Shown here in pieces: positions 17,601 to 26,991 of a DNA stretch of 64,000 nucleotides. The stretch is from an uncultured virus (IMG/VR IMGVR_UViG_3300036715_001160) (taxonomy: Duplodnaviria; Heunggongvirae; Uroviricota; Caudoviricetes). The notes under the pieces were generated by a model. It ran no database searches. It was not told where the DNA came from and worked only from the letters and a program-made list of their open reading frames with translations. The stretch's first letter is position 1. Every line of letters starts with the position of its first letter. Where the stretch lies: IMG/VR virus record IMGVR_UViG_3300036715_001160, one strand, 5' to 3'. Both the position numbers and the translations under genes were made by a program.

Positions 17601-18461
17601 TTGAATAGTTCTTCTTACTGCATTATAACCTTTTGTTGCTAATTCAAATGCATCACCAATTTTACCAACTTTTCTAGCATTATTAGCAGTAGCAGCAAAG
17701 AAAGAACCTCCTCCTGTTACAGGAGCAAGTAAAGTACCAGCAACTTCTTCAAGAATTGCTTCACTAATAATACCTGCTGTATATGCAAAACTCATTGCAG
17801 TATTATTAAAAAATGCTCCAAAACCTTTTTTAGATGACTGTCCAATAGCTGCAGCTTCTTCATATGCTCTTGCATCATCAAGATCAGCACTAAAGTCACC
17901 TTGTAGCATTTTGATTAAACTTTTTGGACCAGATACAAAACCTCTAGCTAATAAAGGCATGAATGAATTTTTCATCATTCTAGTAAAGTCATCACCCATT
18001 GTTGTATGGGCATTGTACATTGCTTCATTATCTCTAGTTGGAGAAAATCCTACTTCATCAAATTTCTTTTGACCATAAGCTGCATATCTTTTGTAGAAAG
18101 AGTTACCAGATGGACCAGCATTATAAACATTAACTTTTGCATATGAATTTTTATCTTGATTTGATTTGATAAACATATCCATATCAGCAGCTAATGCTTG
18201 TCCTTGTTCTTTTACTGAAAGTTTTTTATTAGGGTTTGAATTACTTGGTCTAAATGGAGCATGTCCAGTTATTGCATCTTGTATAGGATAATTAGGATTT
18301 GTACTAGTACCAATAGTAGGAGCTACAGGAAAAAAATCTATTGTATTTTCTTTTAACTTTTCTCCTTCAAATGGTGATAAACTTTGTGAATTAATTGCAG
18401 GTCCTTCAACTTTACCAAATTCTGGCCCAAGTGGATCTAATGAACTAGTATTATTTTCCAT
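11673..18461 (-). CDS. Large virion cargo/ejection protein (2262 aa) with PD-(D/E)xK nuclease domain
   Basis: Gly/Ala-rich hydrophobic helices in the N-terminal third, long helical middle, VAGEMDLLLIDQTGKLHIIDFKTG...YTLQQYTYARLL nuclease motifs (~13540-13770), repeated DIE[K/R]RR...KYDA[E/K]L segments; directly upstream of the vRNAP gene. Confidence 0.75.
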   Translation of the reverse strand: MENNTSSLDPLGPEFGKVEGPAINSQSLSPFEGEKLKENTIDFFPVAPTIGTSTNPNYPIQDAITGHAPFRPSNSNPNKKLSVKEQGQALAADMDMFIKSNQDKNSYAKVNVYNAGPSGNSFYKRYAAYGQKKFDEVGFSPTRDNEAMYNAHTTMGDDFTRMMKNSFMPLLARGFVSGPKSLIKMLQGDFSADLDDARAYEEAAAIGQSSKKGFGAFFNNTAMSFAYTAGIISEAILEEVAGTLLAPVTGGGSFFAATANNARKVGKIGDAFELATKGYNAVRRTIQESNTIGATRNIYTAAKNINASKVGRFLNPIENTFDAIAGIGKNADNLTGLARLAQGTSKTAGGLFRDIRNINMALSEARLEGGMNDNKVYDTLYDEYYRKNERAPSNEEQYEMTKTAKESGANTLMWNTALIFATNKVVIPNLLKSGVGKRIINSKIDDVLAMKGGKIILEKTAVAGKKLAQGEFTFVANSFKNSLKGFKKTPFKTGIKVVGKYMKANVMEGVQENLQDVITIANEKYYIDAYKNKELGAHIYNKGKASLMFSGLKDQVSWQGLETFASGALMGVFSGGLNLVKGGLDAGYNNIFNKEEYNKYKDLRKTHGDDVAKELTALYKDPKEFFNSRLFNYGVQNNTVSNVDEADTKEGKDELSDAFVSQVYTALNTDTIEYFKDHIGSMKDLSVDEFEEAFGFEKGKGAKQQDKIDNILSSIDEVKKSYNYANERFPNPIDLSKYDKDLPEYRDAAILSEAWQMGIKNYVFANHSFMDNAKRMTSISGKILDNPSMKKMSQADMLMVFEPSKINDEIQLVKSEIEAFSQSTDPKAKTEILKKQNRVKALEDFSSAHSMYALYNNAEGKAKVSNELFEAVRQQQGVDELTDEDKEQILEIQQNAINNELEIAYKNYLKTTNGIDSTYIFDTDIDETFSMLKDHYKLSDEQKVLVNQINLLHDPQSFMDQLKKSQIWMSNMYNNRKDYFVDMVNTQINGLENNTFLNALADKNIFMDLDAFQDYMENDIPPKEFLNETTKQVIKPGSAEYAIIFNRLQQNKELKNNAPSKENFDEKLQVKLDELKNAYNKEYNLLPKTEVKTKGATVKKDNIKIKEIIDALAIGDYVEVIVSKTDKVVILYNSPEGLRTTDKNGSIIKLENIKNTFSQYTIYKIELKPSKEDVQELNKKYTALKKEAIDTFDAEKDKNELKQYSIYTDLKDFPKDLYSQLQKEFNKSEALASAVEDEVSDEEISNMFKAFIEKDPKAKTIIDKYNDKNVEEVEKQKSGRIEDFDFEYNNKTNNTSKYSNEQIKTLSTQFKNFRDNEEDPVKKAYYSKVINDFEKLIATRLIKNFKPDIQETIRIIEEKLSAQQKNIRKIGQSGYLLNGSKGDLLKRVTNYTQELKSEAFTYKGKKIIGEVFNDVFAQAKLTEESINAFMTNIDKKLVALENSGYTKDTLDGIASSSDNLRKYLNEILANPETSNIKNKKDLLEAIQNHISENAYEYTRKAGTYLDEQLRNFFSKEKTEFKESEITSEAYNSMFGPTGFLKPIKQKIDSGELYVLAKGLVVFDEEGNVAGEMDLLLIDQTGKLHIIDFKTGEQKKWNGFVNKTESGLNKTEDYTLQQYTYARLLKKMTGLDAEINIMPLETIINQKKYQIISVKEPTNPELLGLDNWYFSLDINNPSFAKAKSKIDAKIKIETKAPGIKVATAINPKLVEKLVELEYPEDIIKVLSKEDLTKIVDENLNYTEYQDELGASLNALAFADEYAALRKGVIKKETTPVVDKEVSTNTKVNVDTTDIEKRRKTAYNSVQFNYSTDEGYYGVYTDATGKKETIEAGNEKLVKEKLKEKYDAELTTLNDKVVGSGVDTKADIERRREEVERVSKLPFQERIPALIKSGIIASNATFNLGKRFPIIVNIAGVKVAFYRSSEGTDGKQKGKWTPMFGFGEDKGNPWLIKGDIDTQVNVNYNSAAIKEYADILNKTLNWEHDLDKGQVKNHPYYNVLSLVENELAFNKELYGKKDLGIINGQTDVSGYINSKLQEINAKYDAKLAALETPTTEKVNTTDTKADTVKPRITIAEVTDKLNSIKEANVLENYLVDLRNAVKVTKQITLEDSKIIGELVKAKKEEFKQANTVISKTLLNEGDVVVVIDTIPGKTEDDVFANIGAEITVVKSDKNGVEFTYNNKKKILSLSELDKHISTIAIQKAKEAQKADEILDTQDKDLIAESLKVLKDFLSNTKNIDKAKANVNDKTLTEIYDELLKDLDC

Positions 18462-21442
18462 TATTTATTTCTATTATTAAATGCAATATTATTTTTAATT
18501 CTTTGGTCTGCCCAAGTTGCATATGCTTTTTCTCTCATTAATTCTAGATTAGCTCCAGTTTGCACACCACTACTTGTATAAGGTTCAGATTTTACATATT
18601 TATTAGTAAGTGGATCATAAATACTATATGTATAACTATATCTATAATCACCAGTACCAAATTCATCAGTTTTAATAGTAAGAGCATTAAAACCTTGTTT
18701 ATCTTCTATATCTCTAATAGTAACACCTTTTTCTTTATTATATTTAACTGATGCTTCTAAAGGAGTTACATATGAAGATTGGAATAATCCATTTTTAAAA
18801 CTTTCACTTGGTGCAATAATAGATATTCCATTTTGTAAAATATCTTGCTCTTGTTGAGGAGTTATAGTATTTGTAGTATTTTTATCTTTATCTAAAGCAC
18901 CTACATAATCTTTTAACCAAGCTTTATCTGGATAAATAATCATTGCTCCTTTTCTATAATCATTACTAGCAAGTGCTTGTGAACTTAATTTAAAATTTTT
19001 AAATTTACTACCAGGGCTACTTGTTTCTCTAACCATTGCATCAAGTAATACTTTTGCAGTTTTATTTTCATTAGCAGAATCTGCTGTTGGACCTGTATAT
19101 GAAATTTTTATTTTTTGATCATCACCTAAATCTAAATTATTTAAATCATTTTTAAATTGACTCCAGTATTGAGCACCTGTTGTACCATATGCATCAGGAC
19201 TAACTCTAATAGAATTTACATTAGTTGTTAAACCTCCACCTTTAATATTTTTACCTATTGAACCAAAACCTACTGGAGCTGGAAGATTAACAGATGTAGA
19301 ACCATAAGCATTATGTATTACTTTTCTTAGTTCTTTATAAATTTCTGGACCTCCAGCTGCTGCATCTAATGTACCTTGAGTTATAATTCCACTTGATCTT
19401 GGGTTTGAAGTTTGATAACGGATATTTGCTTTTTCAAGTTCTTTATTACGTTCTGTAAAACCATGTTTTTTATTAAAATCTGCTTCAGTAACTATACTAC
19501 CATCAGCATTAAACATATCTTTAACATAACCTTTAAGATCAGTGTCAACTTCCCGTGTAACTGCTTGGATAACATTTCCTTTAGTTTTAGTTCTCCAATC
19601 TCTAACATCTAGTCTATATGTGATATAATCATCTACACCTGTACTATATCCAGACATTTTTTTTGTTATAGCATCTACTGTAGAATTACCTACATTACTC
19701 TCTTCACCTAAGTATTTTTGAAATGCAGATGTTACTTGTCTAAGTTTTAAAGCACCCATTTTTTTAATAAAACTATGTGGATCTGCTTGGTAAGCTTCAT
19801 TAAATTGTTTAATGGTCATATTATTACCAAAGATTGCTTTTTTATCTTCAGGTGATAATAAATTTTGATCATATAAATCTTGCATTGATGATAACATATT
19901 TGTCATATAAGGCATTACATAACTATCAATATGCTTATTAGTTTGATTATTAAGTACAGTTTCATAATTTACAACATCTGTACTTGAACCTTTAGTACCT
20001 GCTTCAGTTACAATTGTGTCTGCTTCAGGATTAATTACTTGTCTACCATATGTTGGATTTGCCATAGGTTTACCATCAGGTCCCATTACATATTTTTCTT
20101 GATCTAAATGGTATCCTCCAGTTGCTGCTAAAGTTTTATCAATATTGATTTCTTTATCAGATTGATTTCTTGCTAATGCTGCTTGCATTGTACCTTGATT
20201 TCTTAATGCAGTTTCTTGCATTCTGTAACCATGAGCTATTTCTTGAACAGCAAATGGATTTGCATCTACTTTCTGTTTAGAGTTTAATGATACAAAGATA
20301 TCTGCTGCTTCACTTAAATCTTTTTGCATTAATCTAGATGCCATTGCATTATCAACTTTATATCTTAAAGATTCAATATCTCCATAAGGATTTGTAAATC
20401 CTGTAGATGTAGTAATTGTTCCAGTTTTAGTTGCTAATGCAGTTACATTAGCATCAGTATTTGCTAATACAGTTGAATTAACACTTCTTGCTTGATTTAA
20501 TCTTTCAAGATATGATTCTGTATCTGGTGTTGCTGCATTTCCTTCTTTTGCTTGCTCTACAGCTTTTGCTTTAGCATCATATACTTTAGAATTTTCTTCT
20601 AGTTGTTTTTTTCTTTCATCATTTTCTTTCTTAAGCATAGTATAACTTTCAGTAAGATAACTCATTTCAGCAGCATTTTTATCTCCAGCAAATTGAGCTG
20701 CATTAGAATATGCATAATCTTTTCTATTTACATATGCTTGAGTTTTATAGACATCAATAACTGCTGGATCAGATCCTAGTTGTGCTTCAAGTAAATGTGA
20801 TAAAGCAGGAAGAATTTGTTTACCATTTGTAGTAGTAATCATCCATTTACCATCTTTACTACTATCTACACTTTCAACATGAAAACCAGCATCTTTAGCA
20901 ATCTTTTGAGCTTTTTCAATTACATTAACATAAGGTGTATAAGATGCATTACCCATATTCATTGTTTCTTCAAGACTAGCTTCTTTAAATTCTTCAGTTT
21001 TATATTGTAAAAATTTTAATCCATCATCCCAATATTGTGCTCTCTGCTTTTCATCTCTATTATTTTTTAAACCAGCACCATAAGCTTTTTCATTATTAAT
21101 ATTTTTAGTCCAAGCCATATCTTTCATAAGATGTTTATCTTGATAGAATGGTTTAAATACCTGAGTAGCCTGATCAACATTTTGTTCTAATGATAAATCT
21201 AAACCAGAGACACGTTTTAAATTAAAATCAATTGCTTTAATTAACTCATCTTTCTTTTTAAGATTATCTCCATGAGTTAAATCTGCATAGAAATATTGAC
21301 CATATACATTATTTAATGCTTTATAGTTTGTATCATACTGATTCTGCTTTGTCTGCAATGCTGTTGCATAAAAGTTTAAATCAGGTTGAAAGGGTTGAAA
21401 TTGAGGAATAAAGTCTGTAACGCCTTGTAAATATGTTGACAT
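18461..21442 (-). CDS. Putative virion cargo/ejection protein (993 aa)
   Basis: Long ORF in the cargo block upstream of vRNAP; N-terminal FQPFQPDLNFY...KQNQYD and helical composition typical of crAss-like ejection proteins (by recall). Confidence 0.6.
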   Translation of the reverse strand: MSTYLQGVTDFIPQFQPFQPDLNFYATALQTKQNQYDTNYKALNNVYGQYFYADLTHGDNLKKKDELIKAIDFNLKRVSGLDLSLEQNVDQATQVFKPFYQDKHLMKDMAWTKNINNEKAYGAGLKNNRDEKQRAQYWDDGLKFLQYKTEEFKEASLEETMNMGNASYTPYVNVIEKAQKIAKDAGFHVESVDSSKDGKWMITTTNGKQILPALSHLLEAQLGSDPAVIDVYKTQAYVNRKDYAYSNAAQFAGDKNAAEMSYLTESYTMLKKENDERKKQLEENSKVYDAKAKAVEQAKEGNAATPDTESYLERLNQARSVNSTVLANTDANVTALATKTGTITTSTGFTNPYGDIESLRYKVDNAMASRLMQKDLSEAADIFVSLNSKQKVDANPFAVQEIAHGYRMQETALRNQGTMQAALARNQSDKEINIDKTLAATGGYHLDQEKYVMGPDGKPMANPTYGRQVINPEADTIVTEAGTKGSSTDVVNYETVLNNQTNKHIDSYVMPYMTNMLSSMQDLYDQNLLSPEDKKAIFGNNMTIKQFNEAYQADPHSFIKKMGALKLRQVTSAFQKYLGEESNVGNSTVDAITKKMSGYSTGVDDYITYRLDVRDWRTKTKGNVIQAVTREVDTDLKGYVKDMFNADGSIVTEADFNKKHGFTERNKELEKANIRYQTSNPRSSGIITQGTLDAAAGGPEIYKELRKVIHNAYGSTSVNLPAPVGFGSIGKNIKGGGLTTNVNSIRVSPDAYGTTGAQYWSQFKNDLNNLDLGDDQKIKISYTGPTADSANENKTAKVLLDAMVRETSSPGSKFKNFKLSSQALASNDYRKGAMIIYPDKAWLKDYVGALDKDKNTTNTITPQQEQDILQNGISIIAPSESFKNGLFQSSYVTPLEASVKYNKEKGVTIRDIEDKQGFNALTIKTDEFGTGDYRYSYTYSIYDPLTNKYVKSEPYTSSGVQTGANLELMREKAYATWADQRIKNNIAFNNRNK

Positions 21443-21507
21443 AATATTAGTATTAATCTATATTGTAAATATATTAAAATTTTATAAGTTTACTAAACCT
21501 ATAAAGT

Positions 21508-24480
21508 TTATGTAAACATAAAAGGAAAAACATTAGACCCCATTACATATCCCATATTAGTAGTACCACCTTTTTTACCATAACCTTCAAGTGAAGCTTC
21601 TAATGCTGATTGAGAAGGTGCTGACCCTTTCATATAATTTTTTAATAATTCTTTCTTCATTATTGGATCTATATTAGAACTTTCTAATTCTTTAGCATAA
21701 TCAAGATAGTCTTTATATGAAGTAGGTTTTACAACTCTTCCTTTTGTAAAATGCATTCTACCACCTGTACTAGGATCAATTGCATATTGTGGAGTTTGTT
21801 GATTTAATGCATCAGTTTTCCACATATTAGTAAGCAATGTATTTTCTGATTCACCTAAGTTATGTCTTAATGCACGTTTAGTATTATCATTTTGCTGATT
21901 AGCAATTACATTTTGATCATACAATTGTTTATTTTGTGCTTGATTATATCTTTGAGCTTCATTTCTTATTTGTAGATTATTACCTGCAAATTGATTAGCT
22001 ACACCTACATTAAGAGCATTATATCTTCCTAATGTATCTGCTGCTTGTTTAGCTCCTTGACCTTGAATAGATGCTGCTCTAGAAGATAAATCTTGTGCAC
22101 CCATAAATTGTCCTAATGCTTGATTAGTTATATTTGCTTGCTCAGATTGTGCTGCTAGTTCTCTAGTAGGATCATAGAAAGTAGGAGATAACATTTCAGG
22201 ATGATAGTTTGCTGCCCATGGTAAATATTTTTTATTACTAAAATAATCTAATCCAGCATTAAGTCTATTTAATCTATCTTGTGCCCATGGTTGAGCTTCT
22301 GGTATTTCAGGATAATCTTCTGGAGTTTCTTCATCAGTAACATCTGCATTTTCAGCAGCAGTTGCTTCTGCTTCTGCTGCATCTTGTTCATGTTGAAAAT
22401 CAGGACTATATCCTAATGCATCATAATGTTCAAAACCTGCTAATCCTTCATTACCCATAGAAGGTCTATAGTTTTCTGAATCTAATGTATTTGTACCTTC
22501 TATACCAAGAGTTACTTTATCATAATTCTTTTTATAATAATCAGATGATAATAAATCTTTATCTTCTTTAGGTACATCTTTAACACCTAATGAACCCAAG
22601 AAATCTCTTCTTACTACTGCATGTGTTTTAGGATCTTTTTTAATACGGTCAACTTCAGCATATGCTTCATCATCTGACATACCTAAACCTTTAGATTGCT
22701 CAAATATAAATTTTTCTTCATATAACTCAGGAGTAAATCCTGCTACAAATGAACCTGAATTTTTTATTTTACCATTAACTGTTTTAGAGTATGGACCTGT
22801 ACTTCCTTGTTTTACTACTTTATATTTATCAGTACCAAGAAAACCTTCTTTATTAGTAGCATTAAAAGCTTTTGAAATAATATTTCTATCTTTTAAATCA
22901 CCATTCCATTTACCAGTAATTTCTACATTACCATTTTTATTTATAATGGTTTTATTATCTATACCTTTTTTAATAATTGCATTTGCTTCATCTAGTAAAG
23001 CAGCATTTTCTGGTGAAGCTTTTCTAAATTCTTCAGGTGAATATTTTAATGATTTTGTATCTGCAGTTGGATTACCACTTAAAGTTCTTGCTGTTACTTT
23101 AATATAAGAACCATCTTTTTGTTTAACAAAATCTCCTGGTAAAGTGTCAGTAGAATATCTTTCTCTTACTACTGCATCTTTAGGTAAATTTTCTTTAGTA
23201 TATGTTTTATTTTTAACACCACCTTCTTGAAATCTATTTAATGAACCACCTTTTCTATATTGTGTATCATGAAATGGCATACCATATCCACCCATACTCA
23301 TTCCATATTGAGCCATAGGAGCTTCCATCATTTCTTCTTGTGGATTCTGTCCTTGAGGACCTTCAGCCATCTCTTCTTGAGGATTTTGTTGTTGTCCTTG
23401 TTCCATTACTTGTTGAATAGTAGCCTGTGCTTCTTCTTGAGGCATACCAACTTGTACAAGTATTTGCATTATTGCTTCTGGTGGAACTTGTTTTTGTAAT
23501 AATTGCATCACTACATCTGCAGGTTGTGCACCTTGTTGCAACATTTGTTGAACTTGTTGTACCATTTGTGTAAGAGGATTTTCACCTTGTTGTTGTGGTG
23601 CTCCTTCTTGTTGTTGCATCATTGCCATTTCTTCAGGAGAAGGCTGACCTTGTTCCATTCCTTCTTGAGCTACTCTTAATCTTCTACCCATTTGAAAACC
23701 ATATTTTCCCATTGGAGATTCCATAGACTCTTCTTGAGGATTCTGCATACCAGGTCCTTGTTCTCTAGATTCTTCTTCAGGAGATTGTGCACCCATACCT
23801 TGATTTTCATATGGGTTATTCATTGCTTGATTATTAACCTGTGCTTCTGGTTGAGCTTTTTGTGGTACTAAGTCTTCTTCTTTGATACCCATTGCTTCCA
23901 TATATGGTCTAGCTACTTCAGGTACACCTTGTGGAAATCCTTTTTTACTTTCTTGTGCAATTGCTAATGCACCAAGTTTCATATTAATATTTTTAATCAT
24001 TAACTCAGCAGACTTTTTATCTACTTTATCTGAGTTAGGATCTTCTAGTATTTTTCTGTATTTATTTAAATCATATGGTTTAGCTAATTCAGCAGGAGTA
24101 AATGATCCAGTTTTTTTACCAAATTTGGCAAGTATTTTTGGATCTTTAATTCTCATAGATGCAGTATCACTGAATATAAATGTACCATCAGGCAAATTTA
24201 AAGGAGTTCCCCCATTACTATGTCTTTTTCCACCAATAAGCATGTGTTCAGGAAACCCATCTCCATTGATATCACCAAATGCAGACTCACCTTTTTCAGC
24301 TTCTAAATTAGCTTCATCTCTTGATACTTCTTTTAAATACCTAGTGTTTTCAAGATGTTTTGATGAAGCATTCATATCAGCACCACCAAAACTAATTACT
24401 TGTTTATTTAAATTGTTACCTGTAAAACCTCCTGATTTTGCTTGTGATAATCCTTTAGTTATTTTTACTTTAAAGTACAT
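21508..24480 (-). CDS. Putative cargo protein (990 aa) with conserved N-terminal domain and Q/M/E-rich disordered region
   Basis: ANLEAEKGE...GKRHSNGGTPL..PDGTFIFSD resembles crAss-like cargo protein N-termini; QNPQEE repeats; Q/N/A-rich coiled C-terminus; multiple xxGG motifs. Confidence 0.65.
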   Translation of the reverse strand: MYFKVKITKGLSQAKSGGFTGNNLNKQVISFGGADMNASSKHLENTRYLKEVSRDEANLEAEKGESAFGDINGDGFPEHMLIGGKRHSNGGTPLNLPDGTFIFSDTASMRIKDPKILAKFGKKTGSFTPAELAKPYDLNKYRKILEDPNSDKVDKKSAELMIKNINMKLGALAIAQESKKGFPQGVPEVARPYMEAMGIKEEDLVPQKAQPEAQVNNQAMNNPYENQGMGAQSPEEESREQGPGMQNPQEESMESPMGKYGFQMGRRLRVAQEGMEQGQPSPEEMAMMQQQEGAPQQQGENPLTQMVQQVQQMLQQGAQPADVVMQLLQKQVPPEAIMQILVQVGMPQEEAQATIQQVMEQGQQQNPQEEMAEGPQGQNPQEEMMEAPMAQYGMSMGGYGMPFHDTQYRKGGSLNRFQEGGVKNKTYTKENLPKDAVVRERYSTDTLPGDFVKQKDGSYIKVTARTLSGNPTADTKSLKYSPEEFRKASPENAALLDEANAIIKKGIDNKTIINKNGNVEITGKWNGDLKDRNIISKAFNATNKEGFLGTDKYKVVKQGSTGPYSKTVNGKIKNSGSFVAGFTPELYEEKFIFEQSKGLGMSDDEAYAEVDRIKKDPKTHAVVRRDFLGSLGVKDVPKEDKDLLSSDYYKKNYDKVTLGIEGTNTLDSENYRPSMGNEGLAGFEHYDALGYSPDFQHEQDAAEAEATAAENADVTDEETPEDYPEIPEAQPWAQDRLNRLNAGLDYFSNKKYLPWAANYHPEMLSPTFYDPTRELAAQSEQANITNQALGQFMGAQDLSSRAASIQGQGAKQAADTLGRYNALNVGVANQFAGNNLQIRNEAQRYNQAQNKQLYDQNVIANQQNDNTKRALRHNLGESENTLLTNMWKTDALNQQTPQYAIDPSTGGRMHFTKGRVVKPTSYKDYLDYAKELESSNIDPIMKKELLKNYMKGSAPSQSALEASLEGYGKKGGTTNMGYVMGSNVFPFMFT

Positions 24481-24489
24481 AATATAAAA

Positions 24490-26931
24490 TTATAAGTATT
24501 CTAATTCACCTCCATTAGCACGGAACTCATCTATTTCTTCTTGAGTCATGTATTGAGTATCTTCATCTTCATCTTCAGTGTTTCCACCCATAGCATAAAC
24601 ACCTCCACCATATTTAGATTGCATTGCTCCCATTTGATCTGGTCTAAATAAACCTGAGTTAGGATCATAGTCTCCTTTATTATATCCATTATTAATACCA
24701 AAATTAGTTTCAGCAGCTGTAAGATTTTCTAACAATTGATTTTCTTGTTTATTAGCTGTAACTTCATCAGCAGTATTTTTAAAAGCATTACCTATTAATA
24801 GACTTGCATTTCCAATTCCTTTTTTACTAATATCCCAAGCTTGTTTATTTCTAAACTTTTGAGAAACACCTTGTTGCATAACTGGATTATCTGTAGTACC
24901 AATTCCTGATATATTTTCACCAGCAACCTTTGGATCAACATAAGTAAGTTGTTGATTATAACCACGTTGATATTTTAATAATTCTTGTTCTTTAGTTAAG
25001 GGTTTTGCAGCTGGTTCTGTTGGATCTGGAAAATTTTCATCATCTTTTAATTCTGGAGCTACAAAATTAAGTGAACTATAGTCTTCAGGCATTTCTACTC
25101 CTGTTTGAGCTCTATATAATTCTGGTATAGATACATCTCCTCCATAAGCATATTCAGTATAATCTACTGGACCACCATATTCTCTATTTGTTTTTTTATC
25201 ATTTCTATTTTCTCTTCTTTGAGCTTTTGGACTTATTGGAGGATAATAAGGTTCATTTACTGTAGGATTTATACCAGGAGCAATAGGATTAACATTAGAT
25301 GCATTAGAATCACCTTGTCCAAAGTCATTAAATTTTGGGTACTTTTCTCTAAATCTATTAATTAAATTATTTGTTTCAAATTTATTAGATTCATCAGTTA
25401 CATTAGGTCCTTCATATCCAATTCCTGATGGTATTAGTTTAGCTCCAAGTTGTTGTATTCCTGGTATTTTTGTATTTACCATTCCTCTACCTAATCTTTC
25501 ACCAAGAGTTTTACCTCTATATGGTGCATCTTCTAACTCTTCATTTTTTGATAAACTTTCTGATGAACCTGTAGGAGAAAGATATTCATTACTACCATAG
25601 TTATATGTCATCTTTTTAGGTCTACCAAATATACCATATTTATCTACATTTACACTTGATGGTAATCTACCTGCAAGATCCGGTCCTGTATATTTTTCAC
25701 CTGATTCAGTATAGTATGGAGAACCAACAGCTTTATTATATTGTTCACCTCTACTAATAATAGGAGATCTAAACATACCTTGTCCCATTTGCATCATATA
25801 CTGTTGCATCATATACTGTTGCATCATTTGTTGCTCTTTTTGAGCAGCAGTAGTAGCAGTAGTATTTTGAGCAACTAACTCATCATACTTTTTTTTATAA
25901 TCTTCAGTATCTGCAGTTTTATCTGTTTGTTCTTTATTAGCAGCAATTTCTTCATCAGAATATGTATGCCCATCAATAGGACTAACTAAACTTGCTTCTG
26001 TAACTTCTCCTTCATCTACATATTTATGTAATGATCCACCGTGTCTAGCATATCTTTGATAATCTAAATCAGAATCTTGATACTGTTCATCCATTAATTC
26101 ATTATCACCTCCTCCTATAAATTTATATAGACCTTGACCTCTATTACCTCCATATTGTTCTAATGCTGCAATATCATTTTGAGTATACATGTTATCAGAA
26201 AATATATGTCTTGTATCTGCACCATATGTACTTAAATGATGTAATGGATTTTCAAAATCTACTTGTTCTTGATTTATACCACCATCTTCAAATTTACCAA
26301 CTTGTGGATTACCATATATAGCATTATATTGTTCTTCAGCTGCTTGTTTTTGTTGTGCTAAATTAACTGATTGACCAATACCTTTAAAGAAATCAGTTAC
26401 ACGGTCTTCTCTAGCACCAAGTACATCATCTGCTCCTGGAGAAGGTGTGTCTCCTCCTTCAGCTTTTTTAGCAAGTTTAATATATTGATTAATAAAACTT
26501 CTTTTACTTGGTTTAGCTCCACCATATCTTGAAATTATTTCTTCATCAGCATCATCATCTGGTACACCTTCTTCTGTATCAGTATTATACATTGCATATA
26601 ACTGAGCTTGTCTTGCTTCTTCTTCAGCTGCATTTTGCTCTTCAAGTGCTGCTTGTTTTGCTTCAGCAGCAGCTTGTTCTTCTGGAGTAATTTCACTATC
26701 ATCAGTAACTTCTTCAGAATTATTTTCTTTAAGATAAGTATCTACTTCATCAATATAAGCATCAGCAGTATCAGAATCAATACCAGCTTGTGCTAATTTT
26801 TCTGAAATTGCATCAGTATCACCATCATAATCTTCTGCAGACATTGTATCAGCAATATATTTATATATATCTTCTTGAGAAACTGCATCTGACTGACCTC
26901 CTGCTTTATATATTCTTACTCTCTTTTTCAT
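24490..26931 (-). CDS. Acidic low-complexity putative cargo protein (813 aa)
   Basis: Long ORF between other cargo genes; about a dozen xxGG motifs; C-terminal TQEEIDEFRANGGELEYL. Confidence 0.6.
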   Translation of the reverse strand: MKKRVRIYKAGGQSDAVSQEDIYKYIADTMSAEDYDGDTDAISEKLAQAGIDSDTADAYIDEVDTYLKENNSEEVTDDSEITPEEQAAAEAKQAALEEQNAAEEEARQAQLYAMYNTDTEEGVPDDDADEEIISRYGGAKPSKRSFINQYIKLAKKAEGGDTPSPGADDVLGAREDRVTDFFKGIGQSVNLAQQKQAAEEQYNAIYGNPQVGKFEDGGINQEQVDFENPLHHLSTYGADTRHIFSDNMYTQNDIAALEQYGGNRGQGLYKFIGGGDNELMDEQYQDSDLDYQRYARHGGSLHKYVDEGEVTEASLVSPIDGHTYSDEEIAANKEQTDKTADTEDYKKKYDELVAQNTTATTAAQKEQQMMQQYMMQQYMMQMGQGMFRSPIISRGEQYNKAVGSPYYTESGEKYTGPDLAGRLPSSVNVDKYGIFGRPKKMTYNYGSNEYLSPTGSSESLSKNEELEDAPYRGKTLGERLGRGMVNTKIPGIQQLGAKLIPSGIGYEGPNVTDESNKFETNNLINRFREKYPKFNDFGQGDSNASNVNPIAPGINPTVNEPYYPPISPKAQRRENRNDKKTNREYGGPVDYTEYAYGGDVSIPELYRAQTGVEMPEDYSSLNFVAPELKDDENFPDPTEPAAKPLTKEQELLKYQRGYNQQLTYVDPKVAGENISGIGTTDNPVMQQGVSQKFRNKQAWDISKKGIGNASLLIGNAFKNTADEVTANKQENQLLENLTAAETNFGINNGYNKGDYDPNSGLFRPDQMGAMQSKYGGGVYAMGGNTEDEDEDTQYMTQEEIDEFRANGGELEYL
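25789..25827. repeat. 15-bp in-frame tandem repeat (QYMMQ)
   Basis: ttgcatcatatactg x2 plus partial third copy. Confidence 0.8.
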
Positions 26932-26991
26932 ATAACATGTAATATATATTAAATATAATAATTTTTAGTTTACTTGATAAACATTAAAAGT

